Assembly: GCA_938042355.1 (NCBI GenBank)
Contig: CALIRD010000099.1
Coordinates: 6-64,005 of the forward strand
Reading direction: 5' to 3'
Origin: an uncultured Thiotrichales bacterium
Lineage (GTDB): Bacteria; Pseudomonadota; Gammaproteobacteria; CAZUMV01
DNA: 64,000 bases
In this document: positions 9,371 through 19,043 of the stretch, one piece after another
Numbering within the stretch: position 1 is the stretch's first letter
Layout: each line of letters starts with the position of its first letter
Program-made: the position numbers and the translations under genes
The notes under the pieces: generated by a model
The model's database searches: none
What the model was told of the DNA's origin: nothing
Seen by the model: only the letters and a program-made list of their open reading frames with translations

Positions 9371-9946
9371 ATGTCCAAGTCCGATATAACAGGGATTATT
9401 TTATCGGGTGGTAAAGGGGAGCGACTAGGAGGGCGCGACAAAGGACTGTGTGAGTATCACAACAGCCCGCTGATTCAGTACTGTATAGACATCCTCAAGC
9501 CACAGGTAGATACGCTATTAATTAGTTGTAATCGTAATCTGGACGAGTATGCGAGTTATGGTTATGAATTGGTTTCTGATCAGCGAGTGAATTATCAAGG
9601 GCCGCTGGCTGGACTGGAGGCGGCACTGGTACGTTGCCGAACCCGGTATGCCTTGATCTGGCCGGTTGATTCACAGCCTGTACCAAAAAACCTGGCGTCT
9701 GCATTCCTCAACGACTTGGTAGAGTCAAAAGCCGATATCGTGCATTTAAATCAGGCTGATCGTCCCCAATATCTTGTCGCACTACTAAAGTCGTCTTTGC
9801 AACCATCACTGACCGATTATCTTAATAGCAGGCAGCGCAAAGTGCGTGACTGGTATGCAAAGCACAGGGTAGTTGAAGTCGATAGATTTCAGGAAGCAGC
9901 AATCAGAAATCTAAATAAACCAGAAGACTTTAGCTCAAGCCACTAG
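9371..9946 (+). CDS. mobA: Molybdenum cofactor guanylyltransferase MobA
   Basis: MSKSDITGIILSGGKGERLGGRDKGL is the canonical MobA N-terminus. ATG at 9371 is preferred over the in-frame ATG at 9341 that overlaps the GST gene. Confidence 0.8.
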   Translation: MSKSDITGIILSGGKGERLGGRDKGLCEYHNSPLIQYCIDILKPQVDTLLISCNRNLDEYASYGYELVSDQRVNYQGPLAGLEAALVRCRTRYALIWPVDSQPVPKNLASAFLNDLVESKADIVHLNQADRPQYLVALLKSSLQPSLTDYLNSRQRKVRDWYAKHRVVEVDRFQEAAIRNLNKPEDFSSSH

Positions 9947-9976
9947 CACTTTGGTAAGTTCGTTACTGAAACGAGT

Positions 9977-11716
9977 TTACAATGAACCAACGACGCCTTC
10001 ACGCCGAGGATCGGCGCCACCTTCAAGCCTGCCGTCGGGGTGCTTATAAATAATACTAAGACCGGAGTTTTCTCCTCGACTGTTATCGACATTATGACCA
10101 AAGCTCTTTAACGCCTCTACCAGTTCGGGAGATGCCTTGTCTTTTTCAGCACGAATTTTATCGCCACGACCAACGATGTTTGGTAAAGCTGCGGCTTCAG
10201 CAGGACTTAAATTCCAGTCGAGAACACCCACTAATGACTTGGCCACATAGGCAATAATATTGTTGCCACCAGGAGAGCCGGTTGCCATGACAAAGTTTTT
10301 GTTTTTATCCAGTACAATGGTGGGTGACATGGATGAACGAGGTCGTTTTCCCGGTTCGATTGCATTGGCAATCTCGATGCCATCACTATCCACTGGCTGC
10401 CAGGAAAAATCAGTTAACTCATTATTTAGAAACATGCCGCCGACCATACGAGTTGAACCGAACACGCTTTCTACTGTGGCGGTCATTGAGACTACATCAC
10501 CCGCCTGATCCACCACGACAAAGTGTGTTGTACCAGGCGTGTCGTCTGTTGCATCAATACCGACTTGAACAGCCTCGGAGGACTCAAACTGCCACGGGTC
10601 GCCAGCTACAGAATTTTCTATAGCTTTATCTGAAGATAATTGTCGCGCACGTTCTCTTAAATAGGTTTCATTGAGCATACCCGCCAGAGGAACAGAGACG
10701 AACGCTGTGTCTGCAACATATTTGTCACGATCTGCGTAAGCCAGGCGTTGCGCTTCAACGAACATGGCCCAATTCATCGGATCATTACTACCTGCACTGG
10801 AAAAACCGGGGCCTTGATTCAGCAGGCCCATAATTTGCCCGACTGCTACCCATGAAGAGGCGGGGGGTACGCCACAAATATTCATGTCGCGATACGGTTG
10901 GCATAAAGCTTCTCGTTTAATGGCTTTGTATCGGCTGATATCCTCTTTGGTTAACGTACCCGCTCTTGGTGCTTGCTGCACCATATCGGCAATCTTTTGC
11001 GCAATGTCGCCGGTGTAAAACTCATTAGGATCATTAGCAATGATTTTTAAACTTTGGGCATACTCAGGATTTTTGAGGACGTGGCCAATCGCTAACGGTT
11101 CACCTTCTTCATTATATAAATAGCGAAAAGCATCATTAGGACCCTGTTCCGCTGTCTTCGGCATAAATCTGGCAAAGCGTGAAATCATTCCATGCAGTCT
11201 GGGTGAAATTTCAAAACCATTAATGGCGAGATTTTCAGCATGTTCAAATAAGGATGACCACTTCATTATTCCATGCTCGGTATGTGCCATTTGCAACATT
11301 GCCAGGACTCCTGGTACACCGGTAGACAAGCCGCTATTTTTTGCTTCAAAATATGGGATCCGTTCACCTTCTTCATTCAGAAACTGTTTCGGATTTATCG
11401 CTGCTGGGGCTGTTTCACGTCCATCATATGAGCTGAGTGATTTCGTCTCGGCATCGTAATGTAATAAGAACGCGCCGCCAGCCAAGCCAGAGCTTTGTGG
11501 TTCAACCAGACTCAGCGTGGCTTCAATGGCAATAGCAGCATCAATTGCAGAACCGCCAGCACGAATTATTTTCATGCCCGCTTCTGTGGCTTCCGGGTTG
11601 GCAGTCACTACCATGCCATTTGATTTTTCAGGCGATGATTTATCAACCAGCGGTGTTGAAGTGCAGGCCAATAATGTGAGAAAAAGTATTAAAACTGGAT
11701 AAACAGCTAGTTTCAT
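9977..11716 (-). CDS. ggt: Gamma-glutamyltransferase (lipoprotein-type signal)
   Basis: 579 aa with the autoprocessing-site context TTHFVVVDQAGDVVSMTATV and the glycine-rich GSPGG region. Signal peptide with LLACTS lipobox. Confidence 0.9.
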   Translation of the reverse strand: MKLAVYPVLILFLTLLACTSTPLVDKSSPEKSNGMVVTANPEATEAGMKIIRAGGSAIDAAIAIEATLSLVEPQSSGLAGGAFLLHYDAETKSLSSYDGRETAPAAINPKQFLNEEGERIPYFEAKNSGLSTGVPGVLAMLQMAHTEHGIMKWSSLFEHAENLAINGFEISPRLHGMISRFARFMPKTAEQGPNDAFRYLYNEEGEPLAIGHVLKNPEYAQSLKIIANDPNEFYTGDIAQKIADMVQQAPRAGTLTKEDISRYKAIKREALCQPYRDMNICGVPPASSWVAVGQIMGLLNQGPGFSSAGSNDPMNWAMFVEAQRLAYADRDKYVADTAFVSVPLAGMLNETYLRERARQLSSDKAIENSVAGDPWQFESSEAVQVGIDATDDTPGTTHFVVVDQAGDVVSMTATVESVFGSTRMVGGMFLNNELTDFSWQPVDSDGIEIANAIEPGKRPRSSMSPTIVLDKNKNFVMATGSPGGNNIIAYVAKSLVGVLDWNLSPAEAAALPNIVGRGDKIRAEKDKASPELVEALKSFGHNVDNSRGENSGLSIIYKHPDGRLEGGADPRREGVVGSL

Positions 11717-11793
11717 CTTTAATCCTGTTTGTGGTGGCTCGTGTCTAGACTGGTGAGACCGGTATTATAGGGGAATACTGATTTGATGTAACA

Positions 11794-11817
11794 GCCCCTC
11801 AAGGTTTTTTGAGGGGC
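11794..11817. terminator. Stem-loop (GCCCCTCAA-ggtttt-TTGAGGGGC) downstream of the RND operon; possible terminator
   Basis: Perfect 9-bp inverted repeat lying between the RND permease stop (11835, - strand) and the ggt start. The tail on the - strand is only weakly U-rich. Confidence 0.35.
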
Positions 11818-11834
11818 TATTGTTTAATGACTCA

Positions 11835-14800
11835 TCAGCCTTGAGTTTGGAGATTGCCTTTAAGAGGTTTGTCTTCTACATCCAGATCTTCAAGAGACAC
11901 CTGCAGGTTGGGGTCGTAGCTCGAACCGAGAGGAGGGTATTTCTTTCCTTGCCAACCACCTTTAAACAGGCGCTTGATATCTATACCAATACCGTACATT
12001 GCCGGTACCAGCATGAGTGTCAAAAAGAAATCAAAGAGTACGCCAAACGCCAATGCAACCACCATTGGTTTCAAAAATTCGGCTTGAGTGGAGGTTTCAA
12101 AAAGCATCGGTGTAATACCCACGAAAGTGGTGACCGAGGTGAGTAAAATCGGGCGAAAGCGAGCAACACAGGCTTCGAGCATTGCTTGATACGAGCCAAG
12201 TCCTTTTGCTCGTAACCGGTTGGCATAATCTATCAATACCAGGTTGTCATTGATTGCGACACCTGCGGCAGCAAAAAATCCAAACCACGACATAATACCG
12301 AACGTAATGCCGGTTACCAAAGTGCCAAAAATCATGCCGACAAAAGCAAAAGGAATGGCGATCATGATGAGCAGGGGCTGTGAATAGGATTTAAACGCAA
12401 TAGCCAATAACCCAAACATCATGGCAAAAACGATCATGGTGTAAAGCAGCAGCTCAGAGTTCATGGTTTTGGACATGTCATCATCACCCACTAAAACACG
12501 ACTAACGTTCGGATGACGCAAGCTCCATTGAGGTAGAAAGTTCTCATTCATATCTTTTTTGAGTTCTTCCAGTTCTGCACCTTTGCCTTTGACTCGCGCA
12601 CCCACGTAATTGAGTTGTTTGCGATCTCTACGATTGATGCGACTGATGCCGTCAGCAAACTTCACTTCGGCAACTGAATACAATGGTACCTCGACGCCAT
12701 TAGCGCCTCTGATTCGCAGGTTTTTCAGGCTGTCGATAGAATCTCTAGCTGCCTCAGGATAACGAACCATGACCCTGACGTCTTCACCGTTACGCGGCAA
12801 TCTCTGTACCTCTCGACCAAAAAATGCCTGGCGCACCTGGCTGGTGACTTCTGCCAATGTGATGCCAAGTGATTCGGCGCCTGGCTTCAGTACAAACTGC
12901 ATTTCCTGTGCCGAGCTTTCAAGTCCATCCCACGTCCTCGTGACTGCATCATAGGTATCAAGCTGATTTTTAATATCCAGGATGGCGTCGCTAAGAGCCT
13001 GGCCATCATTGGATGCAATGCCATACCGTAAGCCGCCTTCCGATCCCACTTCGGTGGCACCAAAGTTAACCCGCAGGGCATCCGGTACCGGGCCGAGATA
13101 CTCCTCGAGTTTGTCCGCCAGATCTTTGGTAGAAATGTTTTGGCGTTTACTTGGGTCTGTTAATCCCAGAAAGCCATCCACTGAACGACTGTCAGAAAAG
13201 GTGCCTGGGTGTGTGATTAAATCATAATCAACATTGAAATCTTGCTGCGTATTCTCGTTGATTTTTTCCACAGCTGAATCGAGCTGGGCGCGGACCTGTT
13301 CGATTCGCTCGTAGTTTGTTCCTTCCGGAAACCTGATGCTCACAGAAATCAAGTCACTTTCAACTTCAGGCAGCATCGCCCGTGGTGCAACACCAGCAAC
13401 CAGTAAGCTAACAAAAAATATAAACAATGCGACGAAGGTGGTCAGCGTGATGTAGCGATAGTGAATCAGTCTGGCAACGAAGGGACGAAATTTTGTTTGT
13501 GCAAAATTCATCAGACCATCGGCCAGTTTTCTTTGAAAACGCATGATCCCGCCAAGTTGATCACTAGGGGGGAGGGGTTTTAGATGTCGTAAGTGCGCTG
13601 GTAAGATGAAGAATGCTTCGATCAATGAAAAAACCAGCGTGGCAATTACGACCAGTGTGATTTGTGACGACCATGCCGACACGGGTCCCGAAAGCAGCAT
13701 CCATGGCATAAACATCATAATGGTAGTGATGACAGCAAAGAACACGGGTTTAACTACCATATTGCCGCCAAGGATCGCGCCTTTTTCTCCACTAATATTA
13801 TTTTCAACGTGGTAGTGAACACTTTCACCCACCACAATCGCATCATCTACTACGATGCCAATTACCAACAGGAAGGCAAACAGGGAAATCATATTCAGGG
13901 TGACACCGATCATCGGGGCTATTGCGATTGCTCCGGCAAAGGCGGTGGCAATACCAAGCGTTACCCATGCAGCGACCGCAGGTCGTAAAAACAACATCAG
14001 TGTGATGAGCACCAGCAACATGCCGGTAATGGCGTTTGAGCCAATCATATTCATGCGTGAATCAAACATGGTTGAGCCATCGAACCAGATCGTGACTTTT
14101 ACATCGGGTGGCAATTTTTTGTTAATTTCCTCTTCAAACTTTCGAAAGGCTTTGCCAGACTGGGTAATGTTCATGGTGTCTGGTGACAGGGCTTGAAAGA
14201 TTGCTGTATTTTCACCGCGGAATTTAGCGGTGAATTGATCGTCATCAAAACCGTCGATGACATTGGCTATGTCTTTGACACGAATTATTCCACCATCAGG
14301 TGTTTGTCTGACAACTATGCTTTCAAATTCTGCCTGAGTGTTGGCCAGTGATCGAGCACGTAATTGTAGGTTGCCACCGCTGGTTTCTACCGTGCCTGCG
14401 GAGAGGTTGACAGAAGAGCCGGCGATGGCTTGTGAGACTTGCGAAAAGGTCAGGTTGTATTGTCGAAGTGAATTTTCAGATACTTCTATAGTGACCTGTT
14501 CAGGAATCTTGGAAATTTGCCGGGTGAGCTGTGCGCCGGGCAGTTTGCTGATTTCAAAACGCAGGTCATTTGCCATACGTTGTAGTGTTAGTCGATCAAC
14601 ATCTCCGTGCAGAGCAACATACATGTAGTCAGCCCGTGCATCCCAGCGAAATACTTGTGGTCTGAATGCGTCCGCCGGGAAGTTGTTGATCCCGTCGATT
14701 CGAATTTTCACTTCATCCAGTATTCTTTCGTAATCTGCACGAACTTTGGTGCGTATATTGACATCAGCCCTGCCTTCGCGAGCGGTACTTTCGATGTAGT

Positions 14801-15035
14801 CTATGCCATCCAGTCCATCAACAGCTTCTTCGATACGTGTGACTATCTGCTCTTCAATATCTCGTGGTGATGCGCCTTGCCAAGCCATAACAACGCTCAT
14901 GCCATTAGCAGTGACCTCCGGGAAAAATTCTCGTTGCAGTTTGAAATAACCGGTTATGCCCATCAATATGATGGCGACCATCAACAAGTTGGCTGCGACA
15001 GGGTTCTTAACCCACCAGGCTATTAAGTTTTTCAT
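11835..15035 (-). CDS. RND efflux transporter permease subunit (AcrB/HAE family)
   Basis: 1066 aa with 12-TM RND architecture and the N-terminal MKNLIAWWVKNPVAANLLMVAIILMG. RBS AGGAG lies upstream. Confidence 0.9.
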   Translation of the reverse strand: MKNLIAWWVKNPVAANLLMVAIILMGITGYFKLQREFFPEVTANGMSVVMAWQGASPRDIEEQIVTRIEEAVDGLDGIDYIESTAREGRADVNIRTKVRADYERILDEVKIRIDGINNFPADAFRPQVFRWDARADYMYVALHGDVDRLTLQRMANDLRFEISKLPGAQLTRQISKIPEQVTIEVSENSLRQYNLTFSQVSQAIAGSSVNLSAGTVETSGGNLQLRARSLANTQAEFESIVVRQTPDGGIIRVKDIANVIDGFDDDQFTAKFRGENTAIFQALSPDTMNITQSGKAFRKFEEEINKKLPPDVKVTIWFDGSTMFDSRMNMIGSNAITGMLLVLITLMLFLRPAVAAWVTLGIATAFAGAIAIAPMIGVTLNMISLFAFLLVIGIVVDDAIVVGESVHYHVENNISGEKGAILGGNMVVKPVFFAVITTIMMFMPWMLLSGPVSAWSSQITLVVIATLVFSLIEAFFILPAHLRHLKPLPPSDQLGGIMRFQRKLADGLMNFAQTKFRPFVARLIHYRYITLTTFVALFIFFVSLLVAGVAPRAMLPEVESDLISVSIRFPEGTNYERIEQVRAQLDSAVEKINENTQQDFNVDYDLITHPGTFSDSRSVDGFLGLTDPSKRQNISTKDLADKLEEYLGPVPDALRVNFGATEVGSEGGLRYGIASNDGQALSDAILDIKNQLDTYDAVTRTWDGLESSAQEMQFVLKPGAESLGITLAEVTSQVRQAFFGREVQRLPRNGEDVRVMVRYPEAARDSIDSLKNLRIRGANGVEVPLYSVAEVKFADGISRINRRDRKQLNYVGARVKGKGAELEELKKDMNENFLPQWSLRHPNVSRVLVGDDDMSKTMNSELLLYTMIVFAMMFGLLAIAFKSYSQPLLIMIAIPFAFVGMIFGTLVTGITFGIMSWFGFFAAAGVAINDNLVLIDYANRLRAKGLGSYQAMLEACVARFRPILLTSVTTFVGITPMLFETSTQAEFLKPMVVALAFGVLFDFFLTLMLVPAMYGIGIDIKRLFKGGWQGKKYPPLGSSYDPNLQVSLEDLDVEDKPLKGNLQTQG

Positions 15036-15037
15036 CG

Positions 15038-16381
15038 TTATTCTCCTGTGTCCCCATCTTTGCTTTTATTCTCAGCGCGACCAGCTGTTGCATTGTTCTC
15101 TTCTTCCTCATCATCAGGGGAGGGCGGGTCTACCAGTATTTTATCCGGGTCATTACTATCGAGAACTTTGAAGCTTCTGGAAATGGCAGATTTTTCGAGA
15201 GGAGACACTATCACCAGTTCTCCGCTCTCTACACCGGATTTTAAAACAGCGCGTTGCGCATCAGAATCAACAACAACGGCGTCTCTGATTGTGGCTTTAC
15301 CTTCATCATTAACGACATAAACTTTATTTTCTGGGCGTAGACCACCGCGAGGTAACACAATCACATCATTCATTTGATAGCCTGCAATCTCAGCATCAAC
15401 AAATAGGCCAGGCGCAAGTGGAAAATTGCCTTCAGCGGCGCCAGTTGCATACGGAGCTATGACTTCTGCAATGGCATACATCGCGCGGGTTTGCGTGTCA
15501 TAGGTACTGTCGGTACGCATAATTTTCCCTTGCCAAACGCGATTCTGGCCGGCAATGATGGCACTGAGCTTGACGTCCGGTGCGGTTTCTCGTGACTCGG
15601 CTACATAGGCTATGGGTAAATCCAGTTTTGCCAAATCATTATCGGTAAGCGCCAGGCGTACCTCAGCTATGTCAGTTGAGAAAATTCGACCCAGACGAGC
15701 GCCAGGTGCTACAAATTGTCCAAGGTCCGAGTTTTTGGTGATTACCCGCCCGTCAAAGGGCGCTTGCACGGCGGTTCTTTTAAGTTGGAGGTTTGCTTGT
15801 TGTAGCTCGGCTTTTGCTGCTAACAAAGTTGCTTGCGCTTGTTGCAATTGAGGTTTGCGTAAGGTTAAAGCTGATGGATCACCAGACCCCAGTTCTTCCC
15901 AGTCTTGACGTGCAATTTCACCTTCAGCTTTTTCTCTTACCAGCGCTTGCTGAGCTTGGGCTACACCGGCTTCAGCACGAATTACGGCCACTTTGTAATC
16001 AGAGTCCTCGATCTGCAGGAGTGTTTCACCTTGTTTGAAAATCCCTCCGTCAATAAAGTTTGGGGAAACATAGACGACTTTGCCGGCTACTTCAGGTACC
16101 AAATCTATTTCAGTACGTGCTCTGGCTTCTCCCTGTGCGCTGACCATTAATTGAACATTCTCAAGACGAGCCGGAGCCGCCAGTACTGCCATGGTTGTGT
16201 CAGCTTCTTTTTTGGTTTCCGGTTTTTTCATCGCTTGTATGATTCCGAAAGTTACCAGAATGGTGACCAATAAAATCACCAGGCAAATAAGTGCGATCAA
16301 CCATTTGGCTTTACCGCTTTGTGGGCTAACGCTGTAGCCACGGTCATGTAAATCCTGATTGCCATATTCTTGTGTTGTCAT
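15038..16381 (-). CDS. RND efflux periplasmic adaptor (membrane fusion protein, HlyD family)
   Basis: 447 aa with an N-terminal TM anchor, coiled-coil hairpin (LQQAQATLLAAKAELQQANLQLKRT) and beta-barrel. Its stop is 3 nt from the RND ATG, and its start overlaps the OMF stop (ATGA). Confidence 0.85.
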   Translation of the reverse strand: MTTQEYGNQDLHDRGYSVSPQSGKAKWLIALICLVILLVTILVTFGIIQAMKKPETKKEADTTMAVLAAPARLENVQLMVSAQGEARARTEIDLVPEVAGKVVYVSPNFIDGGIFKQGETLLQIEDSDYKVAVIRAEAGVAQAQQALVREKAEGEIARQDWEELGSGDPSALTLRKPQLQQAQATLLAAKAELQQANLQLKRTAVQAPFDGRVITKNSDLGQFVAPGARLGRIFSTDIAEVRLALTDNDLAKLDLPIAYVAESRETAPDVKLSAIIAGQNRVWQGKIMRTDSTYDTQTRAMYAIAEVIAPYATGAAEGNFPLAPGLFVDAEIAGYQMNDVIVLPRGGLRPENKVYVVNDEGKATIRDAVVVDSDAQRAVLKSGVESGELVIVSPLEKSAISRSFKVLDSNDPDKILVDPPSPDDEEEENNATAGRAENKSKDGDTGE

Positions 16382-17817
16382 TGTTCTTCCTGTTCTGGTA
16401 ATTGTCCTAGATCTCCACCGCCAAGTGCGAGATGTAATCTAACCCGATTATTTAAACGCTCTTTTCTGGCATTGATCAGCTGTCCTTCGGCTGTGATCGC
16501 GCGACTTTGTGCATCAAGTAGTTGCAGTATTGATGCTAAGCCTTCGCTATATCTAATTACCAGGCGTTCTTCTGCTCGCTGTGCTTCAGTTAAAGAGGTT
16601 CTGAGAGCCTCTTCTCGTTGTTGTAGGCGCTGCTCAGCATCCAGAGCGTTTTCAACTTCGAGGTAGGCGTTCAAGGCATCACCGATATAGGCTTCGAGTT
16701 GTTGCTGGAGCTGCGCTTCATTACGTCTTACTTCTGCTCGTAATGAACCAGCGTTGAAGATCGGTGCGGCCAGACCCGCAGCAATATTGGTAAAGAGGGT
16801 GTCTATGTCAAACAAATCATCCGAATTATTACCGCCAAGGTTGCCATTACCGGTTAGCGTTAAGCGCGGTAGCAGATTTTTACGAGCAACATTGACACGT
16901 ATACCAGCTGCCTGCATACGGTGTTCTGATGCCAGTAAGTCGGGGCGTTTAGAGAAGATATCAATCGGCTGTCCTGAGCCTTTCAGTGTGGGGAGTTCAG
17001 GTAGATCTGCTGGTATCTCTAGCTCATTAGCTGGATATTTTCTCAACAGTATTTCGAGTCTTCGAGCCGCCGCCGCTTTTGCCTGTTCGCGCGAGGCGAG
17101 GGTGGCTTCTGCATTAGCGAGTGATGATTTTGCCAGTCTGACATCACTTGAGCCGGAGACGCCACCATAAAATCGTCTTTGAGTCAGGGCTAATGCCCGA
17201 CTTTGTGTGCGTACTTCTTTCTTGGACAGTTCGAGCTGTAAATGCGTTTCAATCAAATCAAACCAGTTTTGCGCGACTGTGGCAGCAATGGATAGTCTAA
17301 CGGCGGCATAATCAGCACGTGAGGCTTCACCATCACGTTCGCTGGCTGCGGCAATATTTCTAACTCGACCCCAGACATCGGCTTCCCAACTAATCGCGGG
17401 CATCAGCGTGTAGCTACTTGAGTCCAGCAGACTGTTGTTTTCAAATTCGGTTCGACTCGCGCTGGCGGTTGCGGAAATGTCTGGCAGTAGTCCAGCGCTA
17501 TTGCTGATGGCACTGGCGTTGGCGGCTTGCCAACGAGCCTGGGCAATTCTTATGTCCGTATTTTCTGTCAGAGCAGTCGCGATAATGGAGCTGAGCTGTT
17601 CGTTACTAAAATCACCTACCCAGTCTGTTGAGGGCAGGCTATCAGGTGTGATGCCCAGCCACTCATCAGCGGCTAGCGTATTAATTTCTGTTGTGATTTG
17701 CGAAAGCCGTTCCCTGCTGTTTTTGTCAGCTCCGGCATAACTGGCGCAGCCAGAATTGACTAGACACATAACCGTTATCGCATTCAAGGTTATTACTTTT
17801 ATGATTCGATTTTGCAT
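16378..17817 (-). CDS. Efflux outer-membrane factor lipoprotein (NodT/TolC family)
   Basis: Lipobox LVNSGC. Repeated alpha-helical/beta-barrel halves typical of OMF. ATG at 17817 is preferred to the TTG at 17850 given in the track. Confidence 0.85.
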   Translation of the reverse strand: MQNRIIKVITLNAITVMCLVNSGCASYAGADKNSRERLSQITTEINTLAADEWLGITPDSLPSTDWVGDFSNEQLSSIIATALTENTDIRIAQARWQAANASAISNSAGLLPDISATASASRTEFENNSLLDSSSYTLMPAISWEADVWGRVRNIAAASERDGEASRADYAAVRLSIAATVAQNWFDLIETHLQLELSKKEVRTQSRALALTQRRFYGGVSGSSDVRLAKSSLANAEATLASREQAKAAAARRLEILLRKYPANELEIPADLPELPTLKGSGQPIDIFSKRPDLLASEHRMQAAGIRVNVARKNLLPRLTLTGNGNLGGNNSDDLFDIDTLFTNIAAGLAAPIFNAGSLRAEVRRNEAQLQQQLEAYIGDALNAYLEVENALDAEQRLQQREEALRTSLTEAQRAEERLVIRYSEGLASILQLLDAQSRAITAEGQLINARKERLNNRVRLHLALGGGDLGQLPEQEEQ

Positions 17818-17837
17818 GTTCTTATTATTTATACCGG

Positions 17838-17851
17838 GTTGAATATTCAAC
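17838..17851. promoter_or_regulatory. Perfect 14-bp palindrome GTTGAATATTCAAC about 20 nt upstream of the efflux-operon ATG; candidate operator
   Basis: Read directly from the sequence. It lies in the 5' leader of the OMF-MFP-RND operon. No cognate regulator gene is adjacent. Confidence 0.3.
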
Positions 17852-18134
17852 TTTCGGTAATGACTCTATGACCTGATTGTTATCGATGTTAATTGTTATA
17901 TACAAGTAATATGCCAATTTTCTATGAATGCAAAAAGTGAGGCATTTCCTCAATATTTTCGCACATTCATGCCTCTAATGTACCTTTTATAGTGTACAAA
18001 TTGTCCACTATTTGTTTTTCTGACGAACAATGTAGATGGAAATCGGTGGTTATATTTAAGACGATAGGAAAGCTTAATCGTTCATAATTTCATTGCATGA
18101 AAAAAAATTTGTGTTAGCAGTATTTCAGGCAAAT

Positions 18135-18986
18135 TTATGAATCATAAATGGCATCAGCGCCATGATAAATATTGTATGAACTCTGTTTTAAAAAGCCAAC
18201 GAGCGTTATGTTGAATTTCCGGGCAGCGTCTATAGCAAGCGTGGATGGAGCGCCTATAGCAACGATGCAAGAACAGCCGGCCATCATGCATTTTTGCAAC
18301 AGCTCAAAACTGGTGCGACCACTGACCAGAATACCTGATTTGTTCATTGGTAACTGATTATTCAAGGCATGGTGCCCGATTAATTTATCGAGTGCATTGT
18401 GCCTGCCGACATCCTCATACACAGCTGTGATATCTCCTAGCTTGTCAAAGCTTGCGGCAGCATGTATTCCGCCGGTGCTTTCAAAACCGGATTGAAAATT
18501 AACCAACAGTTCAGGTAATTTTTGCAAGGCTGCTGCCGAGAGACCAAATGAACTATCAAGTTTAAAGTGACTTTCCTGTGTTAACGCTTCCAGGGAGGCT
18601 TTGCCGCACACACCGCAACTCGAACTGATATAAAAATGTCGTTGCAGTTGATCTAGATCAACTTCTGTTTCTTCATCAAGCTCTACCCGCAGTACATTTT
18701 GACTACCATCATGAGAATAGGCGCTGGAACAATGTGTAATCCAGGCAATTTCATCAGGATGTTTGACCAGTCCCTCGCTAAATAAAAATCCCGCTGCCAA
18801 TTCCCGATCAAACCCGGGTGTCCGCATAGTAATGGCCAGTGGATGTTCTTTACGATTTTCCAGTGAGCCAAAACCCAGGCGAATTTCGAGAGGCTCCTCG
18901 ATCGCGATTGAGTCGTTGACTATTTCGGAAGTATTACTGCGTACGGTAGTAACACTGATCCGGCGAGTTTGTAAATCTTTGCTCAT
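18135..18986 (-). CDS. fdhD: Formate dehydrogenase accessory sulfurtransferase FdhD
   Basis: Conserved PLAITMRTPGFDRELAAGFL and the SSSCGVCGKASLE cysteine motif of FdhD. Confidence 0.85.
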   Translation of the reverse strand: MSKDLQTRRISVTTVRSNTSEIVNDSIAIEEPLEIRLGFGSLENRKEHPLAITMRTPGFDRELAAGFLFSEGLVKHPDEIAWITHCSSAYSHDGSQNVLRVELDEETEVDLDQLQRHFYISSSCGVCGKASLEALTQESHFKLDSSFGLSAAALQKLPELLVNFQSGFESTGGIHAAASFDKLGDITAVYEDVGRHNALDKLIGHHALNNQLPMNKSGILVSGRTSFELLQKCMMAGCSCIVAIGAPSTLAIDAARKFNITLVGFLKQSSYNIYHGADAIYDS

Positions 18987-19043
18987 AGAATAGTATCAAA
19001 TTCTGAGCGGTAGAAGTTTACAGCTCGTAATCAATAATTATCG

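Noticed and set aside
12769-17740. Numerous + strand ORFs (60-138 aa) within the RND, MFP and OMF genes
   Set aside because: Antisense to three long, motif-supported efflux genes. Ser, Ala and Arg-rich translations are characteristic of antisense frames of high-GC coding DNA.
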